Shown: positions 1-13,589 of the stretch, piece by piece | Numbering within the stretch: position 1 is the stretch's first letter | Layout: every line of letters begins with the position of its first letter | Assembly (NCBI GenBank): GCA_964016885.1 | Contig: OZ024747.1 | Span: 27,280,001-27,344,000, forward strand | Reading direction: 5' to 3' | DNA: 64,000 nt | Source of the DNA: Eledone cirrhosa | Lineage: Eukaryota | Program-made: the position numbers and the translations under genes | The notes under the pieces: generated by a model | What the model was told of the DNA's origin: nothing | Databases searched by the model: none | The model's input: only the letters and a program-made list of their open reading frames with translations

Positions 1-610
1 TAACAGATGTAACAATACATATGTGATGTAATAACAGCTGTAACAGTACAGATGTGATGTAACAGCTGTAACAGTACAGATGTGATGTAATAACAGCTGT
101 AACAGTACACATGTGATGTAATAACAGGTGTAACAGTACAGATGTGATGTAGTAACATCTGTAACAGTACAGATGTGGTGTAATGACAACTGTATCGGTA
201 CATATGTGATGTAATAACAGATGTAACAGTACAGATGTGATGTAATATCAGCTGTAACAGTACAGATGTGATGTAATGACAACTGTATCAGTACAGATGT
301 GATGTAATGACAACTGTATCGGTACATATGTGATGTAATAACAGATGTGACAGTGCATATGTGATGTAATAACAGATGTGATGTAATAACATATGTGACA
401 GTACATATGTGATGTAATAACATATGTGACAGTACATATGTGATGTAATAACAGATGTGACAGTGCATATGTGATGTAATAACAGGTGTAACAGTACAGA
501 TGTGATGTAATAACAGATGTATCAGTACAGGTGTGATGTGACAACAGATGTGACACGACAGGTGTAATGTAATAACAGATGTTACAGTTCATGTATTGTG
601 TAATAACAGC
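1..610. repeat. ~31-bp minisatellite (TAACAGATGTAACAGTACAGATGTGATGTAA-like)
   Basis: Directly visible tandem units; continues from the window edge and decays to ~950. Confidence 0.9.
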
Positions 611-959
611 TGTATCAGTACAGGCATCTGTGATAAAAGCTGCAACAGTGCAGGGTGGGAGGGGAAGGTGATAGAAAATTTTGTATAACACCTGTATTAA
701 CAGTACTGATGTGTGTATGTGTGATAAGAGCTGTAACAGCGCAGGTGTGAATCATAACAAGAAAAGGCAGATGTTTTAAAGTATCTGTATTACCAGAACA
801 TAATAGTACAGGTGGGTGGGTGTATGATAAGAGTGCAGCTGTGTGTGATAACACCTCTATTACCGAAACATAACAATTCATATGTATATGATAGCATCAT
901 ATGAGTGCAGGTGTGTGTGTGATAGCATGGGAATTGTACAGGTGTGTGTGATAAGAGGA

Positions 960-1490
960 TGATAGTACAGATGTATGTGATAAGATGATAATAGTACAGA
1001 TGTGTGTGATAACATAATAGTACAGATGTGAGTGATAATTTCCTAATAGTACAGATGTGTGTGATAACATCCTAATAATACAGATGTGTGTGATAACATC
1101 CTAATAGTACAGGTGTGTGTGATAACATCCTAATAGTACAGGTGTGTGTGATAACATCCTAATAGTACAGGTGTGTGTGATAACATCCTAATGGTACAGG
1201 TGTGTGTGTGATAACATTCTAATAGTACAGGTGTGTGTGATAACATCCTAATAGTACAGGTGTATGTGATAGCATTCTAATAGTACAGGTGTGTGTGATA
1301 ACATTCTAATAGTACAGGTGTGTGTGATAACATTCTAATAGTACAGGTGTGTGTGATAACATCCTAATAGTACAGGTGTGTGTGATAACATCCTAATAGT
1401 ACAGGTGTGTGTGATAACATCCTAATAGTACAGGTGTATGTGATAACATCCTAACAGTACAGATATGTCTGATAAGAGGATAATAGTACA
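960..1490. repeat. ~29-bp minisatellite (TGTGTGTGATAACATCCTAATAGTACAGG)
   Basis: Many near-identical tandem units; related to the upstream 31-bp unit. Confidence 0.9.
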
Positions 1491-1809
1491 CAACAAACAA
1501 AGTGAAGCAAGACCAAGAAAGATGAAGTAAAAGGATTTAAAGAATATGATTTTTTTTATTATTATTATTATTTTTTTTTTTATTCAATTGTACTTTTACT
1601 GTGAAATATTGTGTAATATCTGTATGTAACTGGTGTCACAGATGTCAGATGATGGCAGCAGATAATGGTAGCAGATGATGGTATTAGCAGAGTAAAGAAC
1701 TTTTAGCTGTTCTTTTTACTATTATGGATAACATTCACTGAATAATGTCAGAATTTACTGAACATTAATGGCTATTGTAAGCCTCTTTATATGGCAAAAC
1801 AAAATTTAA

Positions 1810-1854
<45 letters not shown>

Positions 1855-1890
1855 TATATATAAATATACACACGTACACACACATATATA

Positions 1891-1922
<32 letters not shown>

Positions 1923-1927
1923 TACAT

Positions 1928-4247
1928 TTCGCAAGAAGGGAAGCAGAGGAAAGAAAGTTCAAGCATGTTCTACAAAGCGAGGACCAAAAACGTGAGGTGT
2001 TCAGGATTGCTAGGCAATGTGTCAAGGAAAACAGTGATATTGTCGGGGAGAAGTGTGTCCTTAATGATGATGGTGTACTTGCCATCACTGATGCTGATAA
2101 GAAGGTAGCTTGGAAGTGTCACTACGAAAGGCTACTAAATGAGGAGAATAAATGGGAGAAAGACAGTCTCCCCCACATCAACCCAATAGAGGGACCAGCA
2201 GTGCAAGTTGAAGGTAGTATAATAAGTAAGGTGATCAAAGACATGAAGATGGGCAAGGTGGCCGGGCCTTCGGAAATAGTTGCCGAAATGCTGAAAGCAT
2301 CTGGAACGGTGGGACACACTATGGTCACCCAGATAGTAAACCAAGTCATACAGAATGGGGTCGTTCCAAAGGACTGGCGCAGCAGCATCATCATTAACTG
2401 CTACAAGGGTAAAGGTGATGCCCTAGATAGGGGAAACTATAGAGGCATTAAATTAATTGACCAGGTCATGAAGGTCACAGAAAAAGTAATAGCGCAACTA
2501 ATCAGAGAGAGAATTGATCTAGATGAAATGCAGTTCGGGTTTGTGTCAGGTAAAAGTACAACAGACGCTCTTTTCATTGTACGACAACTACAGGAGAAGT
2601 ACCTAGCTAAAAGTAAACCCCTATACTTAGCTTTTGTTGACTTGGAGAAAGCCTTTGACAGAGTACCCCGCTCGATTATCTGGTGGGCCCTTAGAAAACT
2701 AGGTGTTGGTGAATGGCTTGTGAGAGCTATACAAGCCATGTATAAAGAAACAGTCAGCAAGGTTAGAATTAATAACGAATATAGTGAAGAGTTTAGCGTA
2801 AAAGTTGGTGTTCATCAGGGCTCCGTCCTTAGCCCCCTACTATTTATTATTGCTCTTCAGGCTATAACAGAGGAGTTCAAGACCGGCTGCCCATGGGAAC
2901 TCCTATATGCAGATGATCTAACGCTCATAGCTGAATCAATGGCTGAACTAGAGAAGAAATTCCAAACATGGAAGCATGGCCTAGAATCAAAAGGCCTTAA
3001 AGTTAACTTGTCTAAGACTAAAGTTCTAGTTTGTAGGAAGGAAAATAGGGCACCGGTCCCATCTGGGAAATGGCCATACTCAGTGTGTAGGAAAGGAGTA
3101 GGTAGAAACTCCATTTTATGTCCCAAATGCAAAGTATGGGTACATAAAAGATGTAGTGGGATCACAGGTAAGCTAACTAAGAATATAGATTTTATATATG
3201 GCCGGTGCTCTGGTGCAATAAGTAGCAGCAAGTGCCCACAGAATACTAGCTCATTCCATTGCACAGATGGTTCTATAGAAATAGTGGACAGCTTCCATTA
3301 CCTGGGTGACAAAATCAGCAGTGGGGGAGTGCTCTGAAAGTACTGTAGCTAGAGTCAGAACTGGATGGAAAAAGTTCAGAGAGCTTATACCACTATTGGC
3401 TGCGAAAGGGTTCTCTCTAAAAATGAAAGGCAGGCTGTATGATGCCTGCATACGAACAGCAATGTTACATGGCAGTGGGACCTGGGCATTGTGTGCAGAG
3501 GATATACGCAGACTAGAGAGGAACGAAGCTTGCATGCTCTGCTGGATGTGTAATAGTAATATACGTGAACGGCAAAGCATAAACGAACTAAGGGAGAAAT
3601 TAGAAATAAGAGGGATCAAATGTTGTTTACTCGAGAAAAGACTACATTGGTATGGTCACGTGATGCGCATGAAAGACGACAGCTGTATAAAAAAAGTGCA
3701 GGGCAATAAAAATAGACGGTAGCCACGGAGTAGGCAGACCCAGAAAAACCTGGGACGACTTGATAAATTCCGACCTCACACACTTACACCTCTCCAAGAC
3801 AATGTCACTGGACCGAGATCTTTGGCGCTACACAGTAACACAGAAGACCCGCGTTGCCTAAGTACAAAGTGAAACCTACAGTCAGTAGGGACCTCTTAAC
3901 CAAAATACACCCCCGTCCCAACCCTACCCCCACCGCCATCTACACCACCCCCTTTCGATGTAAAGCTATGTTGGTACCACAACATCCAGCCCGAAACAAA
4001 TGAGGTCGTGTAGGTCTCACGACAAAAAAACACACAGTCCACGCTGTAATGTGGCCGTGTAGGTAACACGATAAAAACCTCCCAGTTCCACACTGTAAAC
4101 GTGGTTGGTGTTAGGAAGGGCATCCAGCCATAGAAAACCCGCCAGACAGTCCTATACGAGCAAGACAACCACTCTTGCCTCAAGTGGGAAAATTCCCGTC
4201 CAAACCCATGCGAGCGTGGAATATGGACGTTAAACAATGATGATGAT
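1928..4247 (+). mobile_element. RTE-clade LINE, 5'-truncated copy 1 (RT, PHD-like finger, 3' UTR, (TGA)n tail), frameshifted
   Basis: ORFs 1997-3337 and 3306-3722 carry RT motifs FVDLEKAFD, GVHQGSVLSP, LLYADD. Frameshifts near 3328 and 3690. Same family as the copies at 22.3, 24.7 and 50.4 kb. Flanked by TA/CA repeats. Confidence 0.95.
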
Positions 4248-4337
4248 ACACACATATATATACATATATAATATTTACATATGTATATATATATACATAT
4301 ATGTATACCCACCCCATGCCACATACACTCATATATA

Positions 4338-4386
<49 letters not shown>

Positions 4387-4743
4387 CGCCACATATACAT
4401 ATATATATAAACACATATACTTATATATATATATTCATATTTACATATATACATATATGTATACCCACTCCACCCACCCACATATATACATGCACTTATA
4501 CATACATACATTTATATATAATACTTGATGTATAACGTTGGTATGCATGGAAGATATAGCATAAGCAAAGTGAGAGAAAAACTTAGCATAAGAAGTAGAT
4601 GTAATGTGCAAAAGAGAAGATTATGCCGGTACAAACATGTGATATATATAGATAACTGTTTAAAGAAGGGCAGAGAAATCTCAATGGTTAGGCTGCATCA
4701 GAAAGAACTCCTCTTGGAATGAGGTTGTGAAAACTGGCCTTAA

Positions 4744-4971
4744 CCCTTTAGCATTTAAACCGGCCATATCCAACCGGAAATCTCTCACCTCTTTCTGTTC
4801 AAACCTGCTGCAACTGGCTGTAACCAGTCACTCATATTGATGTTAAGGTATTCTCAAAATAAATACTATCAAAATCTCATAGCTTTGATATTATGCAAGA
4901 TAATTATGTGAGATAAAGTCTTTACTGCGAAAATATAATAGTATATATAAAGTAATGTAAATGCTAAAAGG
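4744..4971. mobile_element. piggyBac-type MITE
   Basis: TTAA at 4740-4743 and 4972-4975; TIRs CCCTTTAGCATTTA / TAAATGCTAAAAGG; second copy at 10601-10825. Confidence 0.85.
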
Positions 4972-6509
4972 TTAAGAAGCTGAACCCCAAAATAGAGAGG
5001 ACAATGGACTGTGAGAACTAGCAATATACAGTACTGGAGAAGACCCACCTACTAGCATAAATGTGATATCACTCATCTATATGTCTCCTCCTCTCCACTA
5101 GTACTCCTTAGTAGCTATCCGAGCCATCACTGTACACTCCCATCCCATCCGTGTTCCTTAGTAGCTATATCTCCTCATAACTGTATAAACCTACCCTAAT
5201 CATGCTTCACTTCTTAGAAGTTATTCCTATATCACTACAGCACACCCAGTCTAAAATCCTGACACACCAGTCATCATACTCTAGTAGTTGCTATCGTCAC
5301 ACTATCCACTCCCCCTACGCTATCAAAGTTCACCCCTATCCCACTCATAAAATACCACCACAAGGGGAGGACAATAAGTATAATGCCCATGACATTATAC
5401 TTATTGTCCTCCTACCATAGAGTATAGAAGGCTCTATATTTGAGGCAATAACCAACTACCTTTTTACAGTTGGAGGCACAGAAAATGCACCCAGTACATC
5501 CTGTAAGGTGGTTGGTGATAGGAAGGGAATCCTGATGTAGAAACTCTGAAAAGAGCTGAAAGGACTCTATAGTTATGTTAATGACATGACAACCTCTCTA
5601 GTGTTGGTGATCTACACAATAAATGCCCATAGTACACACTGTAAAATAGTTTGAGATAGGAAGGGCATCCAGCCATAGAAAACCTGCCAAATAAAGGTTC
5701 CTGAGGGTTCTTCTGTTGTCATGATAATCTCCCTAGTTCTGGTGCAATGATAAATGAACTTGGTAGAGTGTGGGAACATATGTAAGTAAAATGTAGGCCC
5801 CTAGCCTATCTGAGAGGTCAATAGCTCTACTTCAGTACTGATTCAATCAGCACAGATGTGTCCAACCCTTTCTAGCATGGAAGATGAATACTTAAATGAT
5901 GATGATTATGATAATTTGATGTGCATTAGTTTGATGTCACATTCAACAAGATACAAACAGAGAGATACAGTAAGAATTAATGAGTTGAGTAAGGAGTTTA
6001 CATAATGAGCTGAGTGACAGGCAAAGAGAGAGAGAGAGTAGCAAAGGACTGTTGTACTGATGTGTGCACACAAGCATGCACACAGACACACACACAAGTA
6101 ATTATCATCTGCTGAGACAACAACTTATGTTTATAGCATTTATATGAAGTTACGTTTTCTTTTTGTCCTTTTTTTTTAGCTCTTTTTGATTAATAGAATA
6201 AAATATATAAACATACATTCCTTTTCTTAATTTATTTTTTTTCCTTTTTTTTTAAACCACTGCTTTTTTAAATACTATATTTGTAGTGTTTGAGCATGAG
6301 CAAAACTATGAATCATTTTAGCCAAATGCAGGTGTAATGAATTCATTAATTTATTTTTCATATATTTGGTCATTCAGTCATTGTTATATCGATTGACAAG
6401 ATCCCAGACATCATTCGCTTAATGAGTGTGGTGGAGCTCATCAAATTAGACTGAGGAAACAATGTTTCCATTGGTCTTTCCAATTGCTAATACTATCTAC
6501 CAGTCGCAA

Positions 6510-6640
6510 ATCCAAACTGAAGGAGCAATGTGAAATAAAGTGTCTTGCTCAAGGACATAATGCATCGCCTGGTCCAGGAATTGAACTCACAATCTCATGA
6601 TTGCGAATACAATTCTCTAACCACTCAGGCACTCGCCTTC
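6510..6640 (-). mobile_element. tRNA-derived SINE fragment
   Basis: Reverse complement matches the head of the SINE at 37510 (GTGGTTAGAG...GTGAGTTCAATTCC...CCTTGAGCAAGACACTTTATTTCACATTGCTCC). Confidence 0.7.
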
Positions 6641-7350
6641 ACTATTTATATATTTATACAATAAAGTACCAGTCCATGGTCGGTGGATTAGTGGAATTGT
6701 TAAAAAGTTGTACAGGATGCTTTGTAGCAACTGACCTAGCCCTGTGCTTTTTTAGTTCAAATCCTCCTTCCTTTTATAGGGAATTGCAACCAGTAGATAG
6801 TACCAGCAATGAAAAGACCAATGAAAATTTTGTTTCTTTGGTTTTATGGTTTGATTTGATAATCAGCTTCTTTCCTTTTTATAAATTTCTATATATTTAC
6901 CTACATTGGCAAATGTATATGTCCCAAAATTACCCACCATATGACTGGTAACATTCTAGTTCTGTATAAGATACAATTTCATCCAGAGCTGACGCTACCA
7001 TAAATGCCAACTAGGTAGCCATAAGGACACCTACCTCAGAGAGCTGCATTACTGAACTATAAAGGATCACAGTTTTATACAAATTTATATAATTAAAGTA
7101 AATATATGTTAATTTCCTCTAATCAATAACTAAATTGCTAAGCATGTGCTACATAATTTCACCTTACCAAAGTTATAAGTTGAACTTATTTTATTTGGGA
7201 AAATGGGGTACACATCACTGTTATTTCTCCATCTCATACCATATATACATAGTAGTCTCTCGGTGTACACTGAGAAAGTTTCACATCTTCTGTTTCTAAT
7301 TGATTTTTATTTCTCTTTCATTCCCATTGCATCTCCAAATGATGATTTAG

Positions 7351-7359
7351 ACGTACCAA
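7351..7359 (+). CDS. Candidate 9-nt microexon of the DGK-theta gene (ACGTACCAA)
   Basis: CTAAT branch-like motif at ~7296, pyrimidine tract, TGC, TTTAG acceptor, GTGAGT donor; length is a multiple of 3 and open in phase 1. Confidence 0.4.
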
Positions 7360-7904
7360 GTGAGTATCAGTCTCTTCAGTCATTAGTCAGTAGTTGCATT
7401 AGTCTTTAATCATTAGTCATTCAACTGAACTGCTGCTGTAGTTTAGCAGGTGTATTAGAAATTAATTACAGGATGCAGTAAACCTCCCACCCCCCATCCA
7501 CCAAAGTGACCTGGACCCTTTTATTGTCACCTTTAGAAGACGCCAGCAGCGACATTTGTTTATGTTCTCCATAAACATTTCATCATGTAGCAGTTTGACA
7601 AATCTCTGGCATATATACCATACTTATAATCAGAGCTGTAGAAAACCTGCCTCAAAATGTCTGGTACAAACCATGCCAGCATGAATGTAAAATCATTGAT
7701 GAGGATGAAGAAAGAAGACACGAGAAGTTGGAGTACATCCTTCATCAAATTGACCAGACTTCGTGCATTACCATATTCCTAATGAAATTCACTGCTTTTG
7801 ATTTTGAAAATAATCAAGAATTAGGATAGATTTAGTAACTAAGAAACAAGGCTTCTTCATTGAAATTTAGACATCATGTAGGTTGTCAGGGATGTGTGTG
7901 TATA

Positions 7905-7995
7905 TAATAATAATAATAATAATAATGAAATTATTGTGTACAGTGCTCAGGTGCACTACAACTCATCAAAGGTGCATGTATAGTACATAGAATCA
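7905..7995 (-). mobile_element. Isolated 3' end of the CR1-type family found at 18.1-22.2 kb
   Basis: (TAA)n TGAAATTATTGTGTACAGTGCTCAGGTGCACTACAACT matches 18110-18160. Confidence 0.8.
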
Positions 7996-8419
7996 TGTAT
8001 GTATGCATGCACACATTTATGTATGTATGCAAGTATGGATATTATTGCACATGTCTATCTGTATGTTTTGACTGATATATACATATATCTGCATTTCTAC
8101 ATGTGTATATATACCTTTCACATGATGAACTTCTGTAATGTTTAACGTATTTTCACAATTCCATTAATGACTTGTAGTTATAATTTCTTAATTAGTCACT
8201 TTTTTCTAGTTTTGTAAAGTTTTGTTTCTCAACATGAGACAGTTAGTTACCTGCAATTACTGAGGTGCTTGATAGTGTATCAACCAAAAGTAAGAGTACA
8301 GGTGAAGTAACTACAAATTCCTCAGAAGTCCGGTAGATGTTTTCTCTTGCACTAATCTTTAATATTATGTTAACATCTGCTGGACAATTGGTTTCCAAAT
8401 ATAATTATGTCCCTCTGTC

Positions 8420-8750
8420 ACTGTAAATGACCATAGTTGACCCTTTTCTCCTATTCATGTATTCCTGGGGTCACTGTAAATGACCATAGTTGACCCTTAT
8501 TTCCTACACATGTATCCCTGTGTCACTGTAAATGACCATAGTTGACCCTTCTTTCCTACACATGTATCCATGGGTCAATGTAGTGACCATAATTGTCCCA
8601 CTTTACATATACATGTATCTCTGGGTCAATGTAGTAACCATAGCTATCCCCCATTTCCCTATTCACCTAGTCCTGGGTCAACATAGTAACCATAGTTATC
8701 TCCCCTTTCTTATGCAAGTAGCCTTAGGTCAATGTTGCAACCATAATTAT
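8420..8750. repeat. ~51-bp degenerate tandem repeat
   Basis: Repeated GTCACTGTAAATGACCATAGTTGACCC-like units. Confidence 0.8.
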
Positions 8751-9399
8751 GGATTAAAGAAATATCTTTGTTGTTTTGTTTTATGCTTATTTGATTTGTA
8801 TTTTCTTGTTCTACTTCCTGTCTTCTCTGATCTTCCAGAAAATTCTTGAGGAACACCAATGATATGATGTCCTCCTAATTCTACAATCTAGGATGTTTCT
8901 CAAATTAACTCTCAACACTCTCATCTCAACCTCTCTCAAGGGTAACATAAGCACTTGTCAACTGACCCCTACCACCACCTTATAGTAGCACCACTATTAT
9001 TCTTCAAGTTCCAATACTATGATATTGATTGACTCTGGTTGTTTCAATGCACTAGATTATTCTAGCATCAAATACATAGATTATATTTATATCCAGATGT
9101 GGACTGACTAAACAAGCATTTAGGTAATGCCTGGTGAGCCAAAGGACTGGATAAAAAAATACACAGCTGAAAATATGTTACAAAAACTGGTATTAGCTGC
9201 TGCACACTGCTGGATTTAGGACAAATGAGGTCCTGTGCTAGTTAAGTTATGAAAATATTTGAAAAATTCACCATTAAATAATTTGGGGCAGGAAGATGGG
9301 TCCACCTGGCCAACGGAGCCCTTTGCTTAAGCACACTTAAGCACAATGGCAAATCCGGCACTTCTGCTGCACAAAGATTAAAGTGGAAATGGAACAGGC

Positions 9400-10865
9400 A
9401 TTAACTGAGTAGTAAAAACACACTTTTGTCCCCATCCCCACAGTAGTGTCACTCTTTAACTGTGCAGTGAAAACACACTTCTACACCCCAGCTGTCTGTT
9501 GTCAGTGTCCTCTTAACTGAGCAGTAAAAACACACCCCTGCCCCTCAATCACAACAGTCTGTTAGTTAGTGTCTTATTAACTGAGCAGTAAAAACACATC
9601 TCTGACCCTCAATCACAACAGTCTGTTAGTTTCACCTTAACTGAGCAGCAAAACACACACCTCTACTCACATCCCCAGCAGGCTGTTAGTAAGTCTCATC
9701 TAAGCTGTGCAGTGAAAATAAATTCCTGGTGCTCAGCAGTTAACAGTCTGTTAATCAGTATCACCTTAGCTGGGTGTTTAAAACATACACTTGGCCCTCA
9801 GCAGTCTGTTAGCCAGTGGTGCCTTAGCTGAGCAATGAAAACACACCTCTGTTTCTCAATAATCAAGAATCGTTAGTCAGTGTCACCTTATCTAAGCAGT
9901 AAAAATACATTTCTGCCCATCAGCTGTCTATTAGTATCATTTTATATGAGCAGTAAAGACATTGCTCTGTCCCTCAATAGTCAGCAATCTGTTAGTGTCA
10001 CATTAGCTCAGCAGTGAAAACACATTACCAGCCCTCAGCAGTCTGTTAGTGTTACCTTAGCTGACCAATAAAAACTCACTTCTGCCACTCCACAATATCT
10101 TATTTCAGCATTATAAACAAGTCTTTGTTTCTCAATAGTCAGCAGTCTATCAGTCTGTGTTACCTTAGCTGAGAAGTGAAAACACCTCTGGCCCTCAACA
10201 TTCAGCTATCTGTTAGTCAGTGTCACACTAGCTGAGCAGTGAAAAACCTACCACCAGTCCTCAGCTGTCAACAGTATGTTTGTCATTGTTGCTTTAGCTG
10301 AGCAGTGAACACAAATATTTGACTCTCCACAGTTAGCAATCTGTTAATGTCACCTTAGCTGAGCAGTAAAAATATACATCTGGTCTTCAGTAGTCATTAC
10401 TCTGTTAGTGTTGCTTAAGCTGAGCTGTGAAATCACACCACCAATCCTCAGCAATTTGTTAGTCAGTGTTGCCTTAGCTGAACAATGATAACAAATCACT
10501 GACCCTTGGCAGTTAGCAGTCTGTTAGTTAACGTCACCTTAGTTGTTTAATGAAAACACACATCTGGCTCTCAACAGACTGTTAGTCAGTGGGGCCTTAA
10601 CCCATTAGCATTTAAACCGACCATATCTGGCCAGAATTCTCTCACCTCTTTCTGTTCAAACCGGCCATAACCAGCTGCTCATGCTTATGTTAAGGTATTG
10701 TTCTCAAAATAAATAATATCAAAACCTCGTAGATTCGATACTATATGAGATAATTATGTGAGATAAAGTGTTTACCGTGAAAATATTTACAATAGTAAAT
10801 ATAGAGTAATGTAAATGCTAAAGGGTTAACTGAGCAGTGAAAACACATCTCTGGCACTCAATAGT
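9400..10865. repeat. ~55-65-bp degenerate minisatellite (CCTTAGCTGAGCAGTGAAAACACA...TCTGTTAGTCAGTGT)
   Basis: About 20 diverged units; interrupted by a TTAA MITE at 10601-10825. Confidence 0.85.
10601..10825. mobile_element. piggyBac-type MITE, copy 2
   Basis: TTAA-CCCATTAGCATTTA...TAAATGCTAAAGGG-TTAA, inserted at the CCTTAA|CTGAGCAG position of a tandem unit. Confidence 0.9.
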
Positions 10866-11721
10866 CAGTCAATGTCACTCAGATGCCTGGGCCAGTTTTA
10901 AGACACAATCCACTTTTGTATAAACCAATCATATGAATATCTTTTAAATGGTAAACTCTTAATAACAATCCCTCCTAGTAGTTAAACCTCTCAATAAGGA
11001 TCTCTTAAAATGAACTACCTAATTAACAATCCATTAATGGTCTCCCTAATTAGGAATCCCATAATGAATTCCCTAATTAGCAATCCCTCTTTTCAATGAA
11101 ATCATTTCTGCACTGAAAGAGTCATAGTATTTATTTGTTTATCTTTTATTTTTAATAAATTCCAGAAATATTTATGACTAATATTTTGTTTACTTCCTAT
11201 TTAACCCTTTCATGGCTATATTTCTAATTGAAGTGTCATACATTGTATTTCAATTGATTAGTGAAAAAATTTGAAGGATTTACTAAAGTTATTAACTGTT
11301 TCATTTACTAAAATAGTAACATATGGTTCTTATATGAAATTATGTGGGAAGTTTTAAATTTAAATATGAACCCTTTAAAATGGGTGGTTTGGTTTCATAG
11401 AACAAGAACTGGTTTGGGGATTGGTGGGTATCATGCATTAAAATAATTTATTAATCTCTGGACTAGAGTTTATTAATAATATTCTAAAATAGTTTTACTC
11501 AAAACATCTTGTCACACATTTCTTTATAGAATATTTTTTATAAAGATTTCATAAAACAATAATAATAATGAAGTTTATAATGAATTAAGGTGAATTAAAT
11601 ATCGTATCTTCATTTCAATGTTTTTGTGTGTGATTGTTTACTTAAAATTATAATGACCTCCTTGCTGTGAAGAATTGATTTTGGGTAATTAGTCTATCAG
11701 TTATTATTATTTTCAGAAAAA

Positions 11722-12495
11722 GAGTGGTGGATTGGCAGAATCATTAGAGCATTGGTTAAAATGCTTTGCAGCATTTAGTTATGGCCTTCTATGTTTTGAG
11801 TTCAAATCCCATTGAGGTCAACTTTGTATTTCATTCTTGTGGGGTCCATAAAATTAAAAACCAGTCATTTACAGTGGTTGCCTTGTGCCAGCATTAGAAA
11901 GAATTATCTTCAGGTAAAAAAGAGAGTGGTCTAATAATGATAATGATGGTTTCTGATATAGGCACAAGGCCAGCAATTTTAGAGGAACGATAAGTCAATT
12001 ATATTGGCCCCAATACTCGATTATTTGACCAACCCTGGAAAGATGAAAGACGAAGTTGACTGTAGCATGATTCAGACTCAGAACATATCTAAGTGCCACA
12101 CAGCATTTCGCCCAATGTTCTAATAAATCTGTCAATCTACTGACTTATAATTTAGGTATGAGGCCAGCAATTTAAGAGGAGACGAAACGTGACTGATCCT
12201 TTATTTGTATTGGCCCTGGAGGGGGATTTCAGTCGGAATTGAACTCAGAGTACAAAGACCCAGAAAAAAATGCTACAATGCATTTTATCCCATGTTCTAA
12301 TGATTTTGCCAAATCCATAATAATGATTTCTTTTACAATAATTCTTTCTAATATTGGCATGAGGCCAGCAATTTGGTGGAAGGGAAAGTCGATTATATCA
12401 ACCCCAGTACTTAATTGGTACCTTATTTTATTGACCTCAGACAGATGAAAGGCAAAATTATATCTAGATACTGCAAAGTATTTTGTCTGATGCTT
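11722..12495. mobile_element. Cluster of tRNA-derived SINE copies (one +, about three -)
   Basis: GATTGGCAGAATCATTAGAGC...GAGTTCAAATCC...GGTCAACTTTG..TTTCAT motif; same family at ~41065, ~41580, ~44555 and ~50175. Confidence 0.7.
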
Positions 12496-13589
12496 TAAAT
12501 AAGAAAAATATGGAAGGACTTTAATAGGAGAAAAAGCAAGAATGCTTCTCATCCTAGACCATGGGTTGTAGTCTGATAGAAAGTGAACTTATACTGGCCA
12601 CAAAATCATTAATAGCATGTAACAATAATAATCCATAATAATATGCCATGTATGTTTGTTACCATGATAAAAAATCATCCAGTCCACTGTTAGGTGGTTG
12701 TGCATGTACCACGATGAAAAATCACCTGGTCCACCCTGTTAGGTGGTTATTCTGGCACCCAGTCAACACTATAATGTGGTTTACATTAGGTAAATAATCC
12801 AGCCATAGAAACCAAGCCAAAAAACAGATCTGTATGAGCAAAATATGGTCACTGACCTGACTAGTCTCATAACATAACCCATCAAACCCATGCAAGCATG
12901 GAAAATAGGCATTAAATTGTGATGATGATAATGATGATATTTTCTTTTGTAATTCTAAAATTTACACAAACATACACACAATGCATTTCCTATCTCAGTC
13001 ATGTTGCTACTATCAAATGTTTGCTTGCCAATCACAAGGTCCTGGGTTTTAACCCTATATTTGTCCCTGTATATAGTTATTTTTCCAAAGTTACTCATAC
13101 ATTTCATTCTCTATGTCATTATACACACATACTGAAGATTTATATAGTTATATCCTAGAAATAAATTATTAAAATATCGTTCTTATCTTTAATCACTTCT
13201 ACATGTTGGTAATCAACATAAACTATAGGGTTTCTCTTATGCAAACCATAAAATTATCAAAACACAAATTTTCCAGTTTTATAATTGTTCATATAGCCCA
13301 CATACCGATCCTGTACTCCAAACATTTAATACATTCAATGCTATTGCTATCATTATTGATGGCATGGGTCCACTAGTAATAATAATTGACTTATTTCTAG
13401 AATGATCTCACTGCCACTACATCTGAGATGAAGATGTGTAAACATGTATGATTATGATGGCTGCAGCAGTGAAGTACTTGTTGCATTCTTTCTAAATCTG
13501 CCGATATTGTTTTTATTGAATTGTTTTGCAAGAGATAAGAAGAGCAATATAGAGTTAGTGAGACTGTGCAGCATAACGAACGATATATT

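Noticed and set aside
1-1490. Regular ~30-bp repeats (also 13.6-15.6 kb and 43.4-44.0 kb) resembling CRISPR arrays
   Set aside because: Head-to-tail units without unique spacers, no cas genes, eukaryotic intron.
8243-8335. Possible extra DGK exon (LPAITEVLDSVSTK or SYLQLLRCLIVYQPK with GTAAGA donor)
   Set aside because: Acceptor and phase are ambiguous and I recognise no homology; needs RNA-seq.
8839-8942. Strong pyrimidine tract and CAG acceptor at 8838
   Set aside because: All three frames stop within ~40 nt; a poison exon is possible but unsupported.
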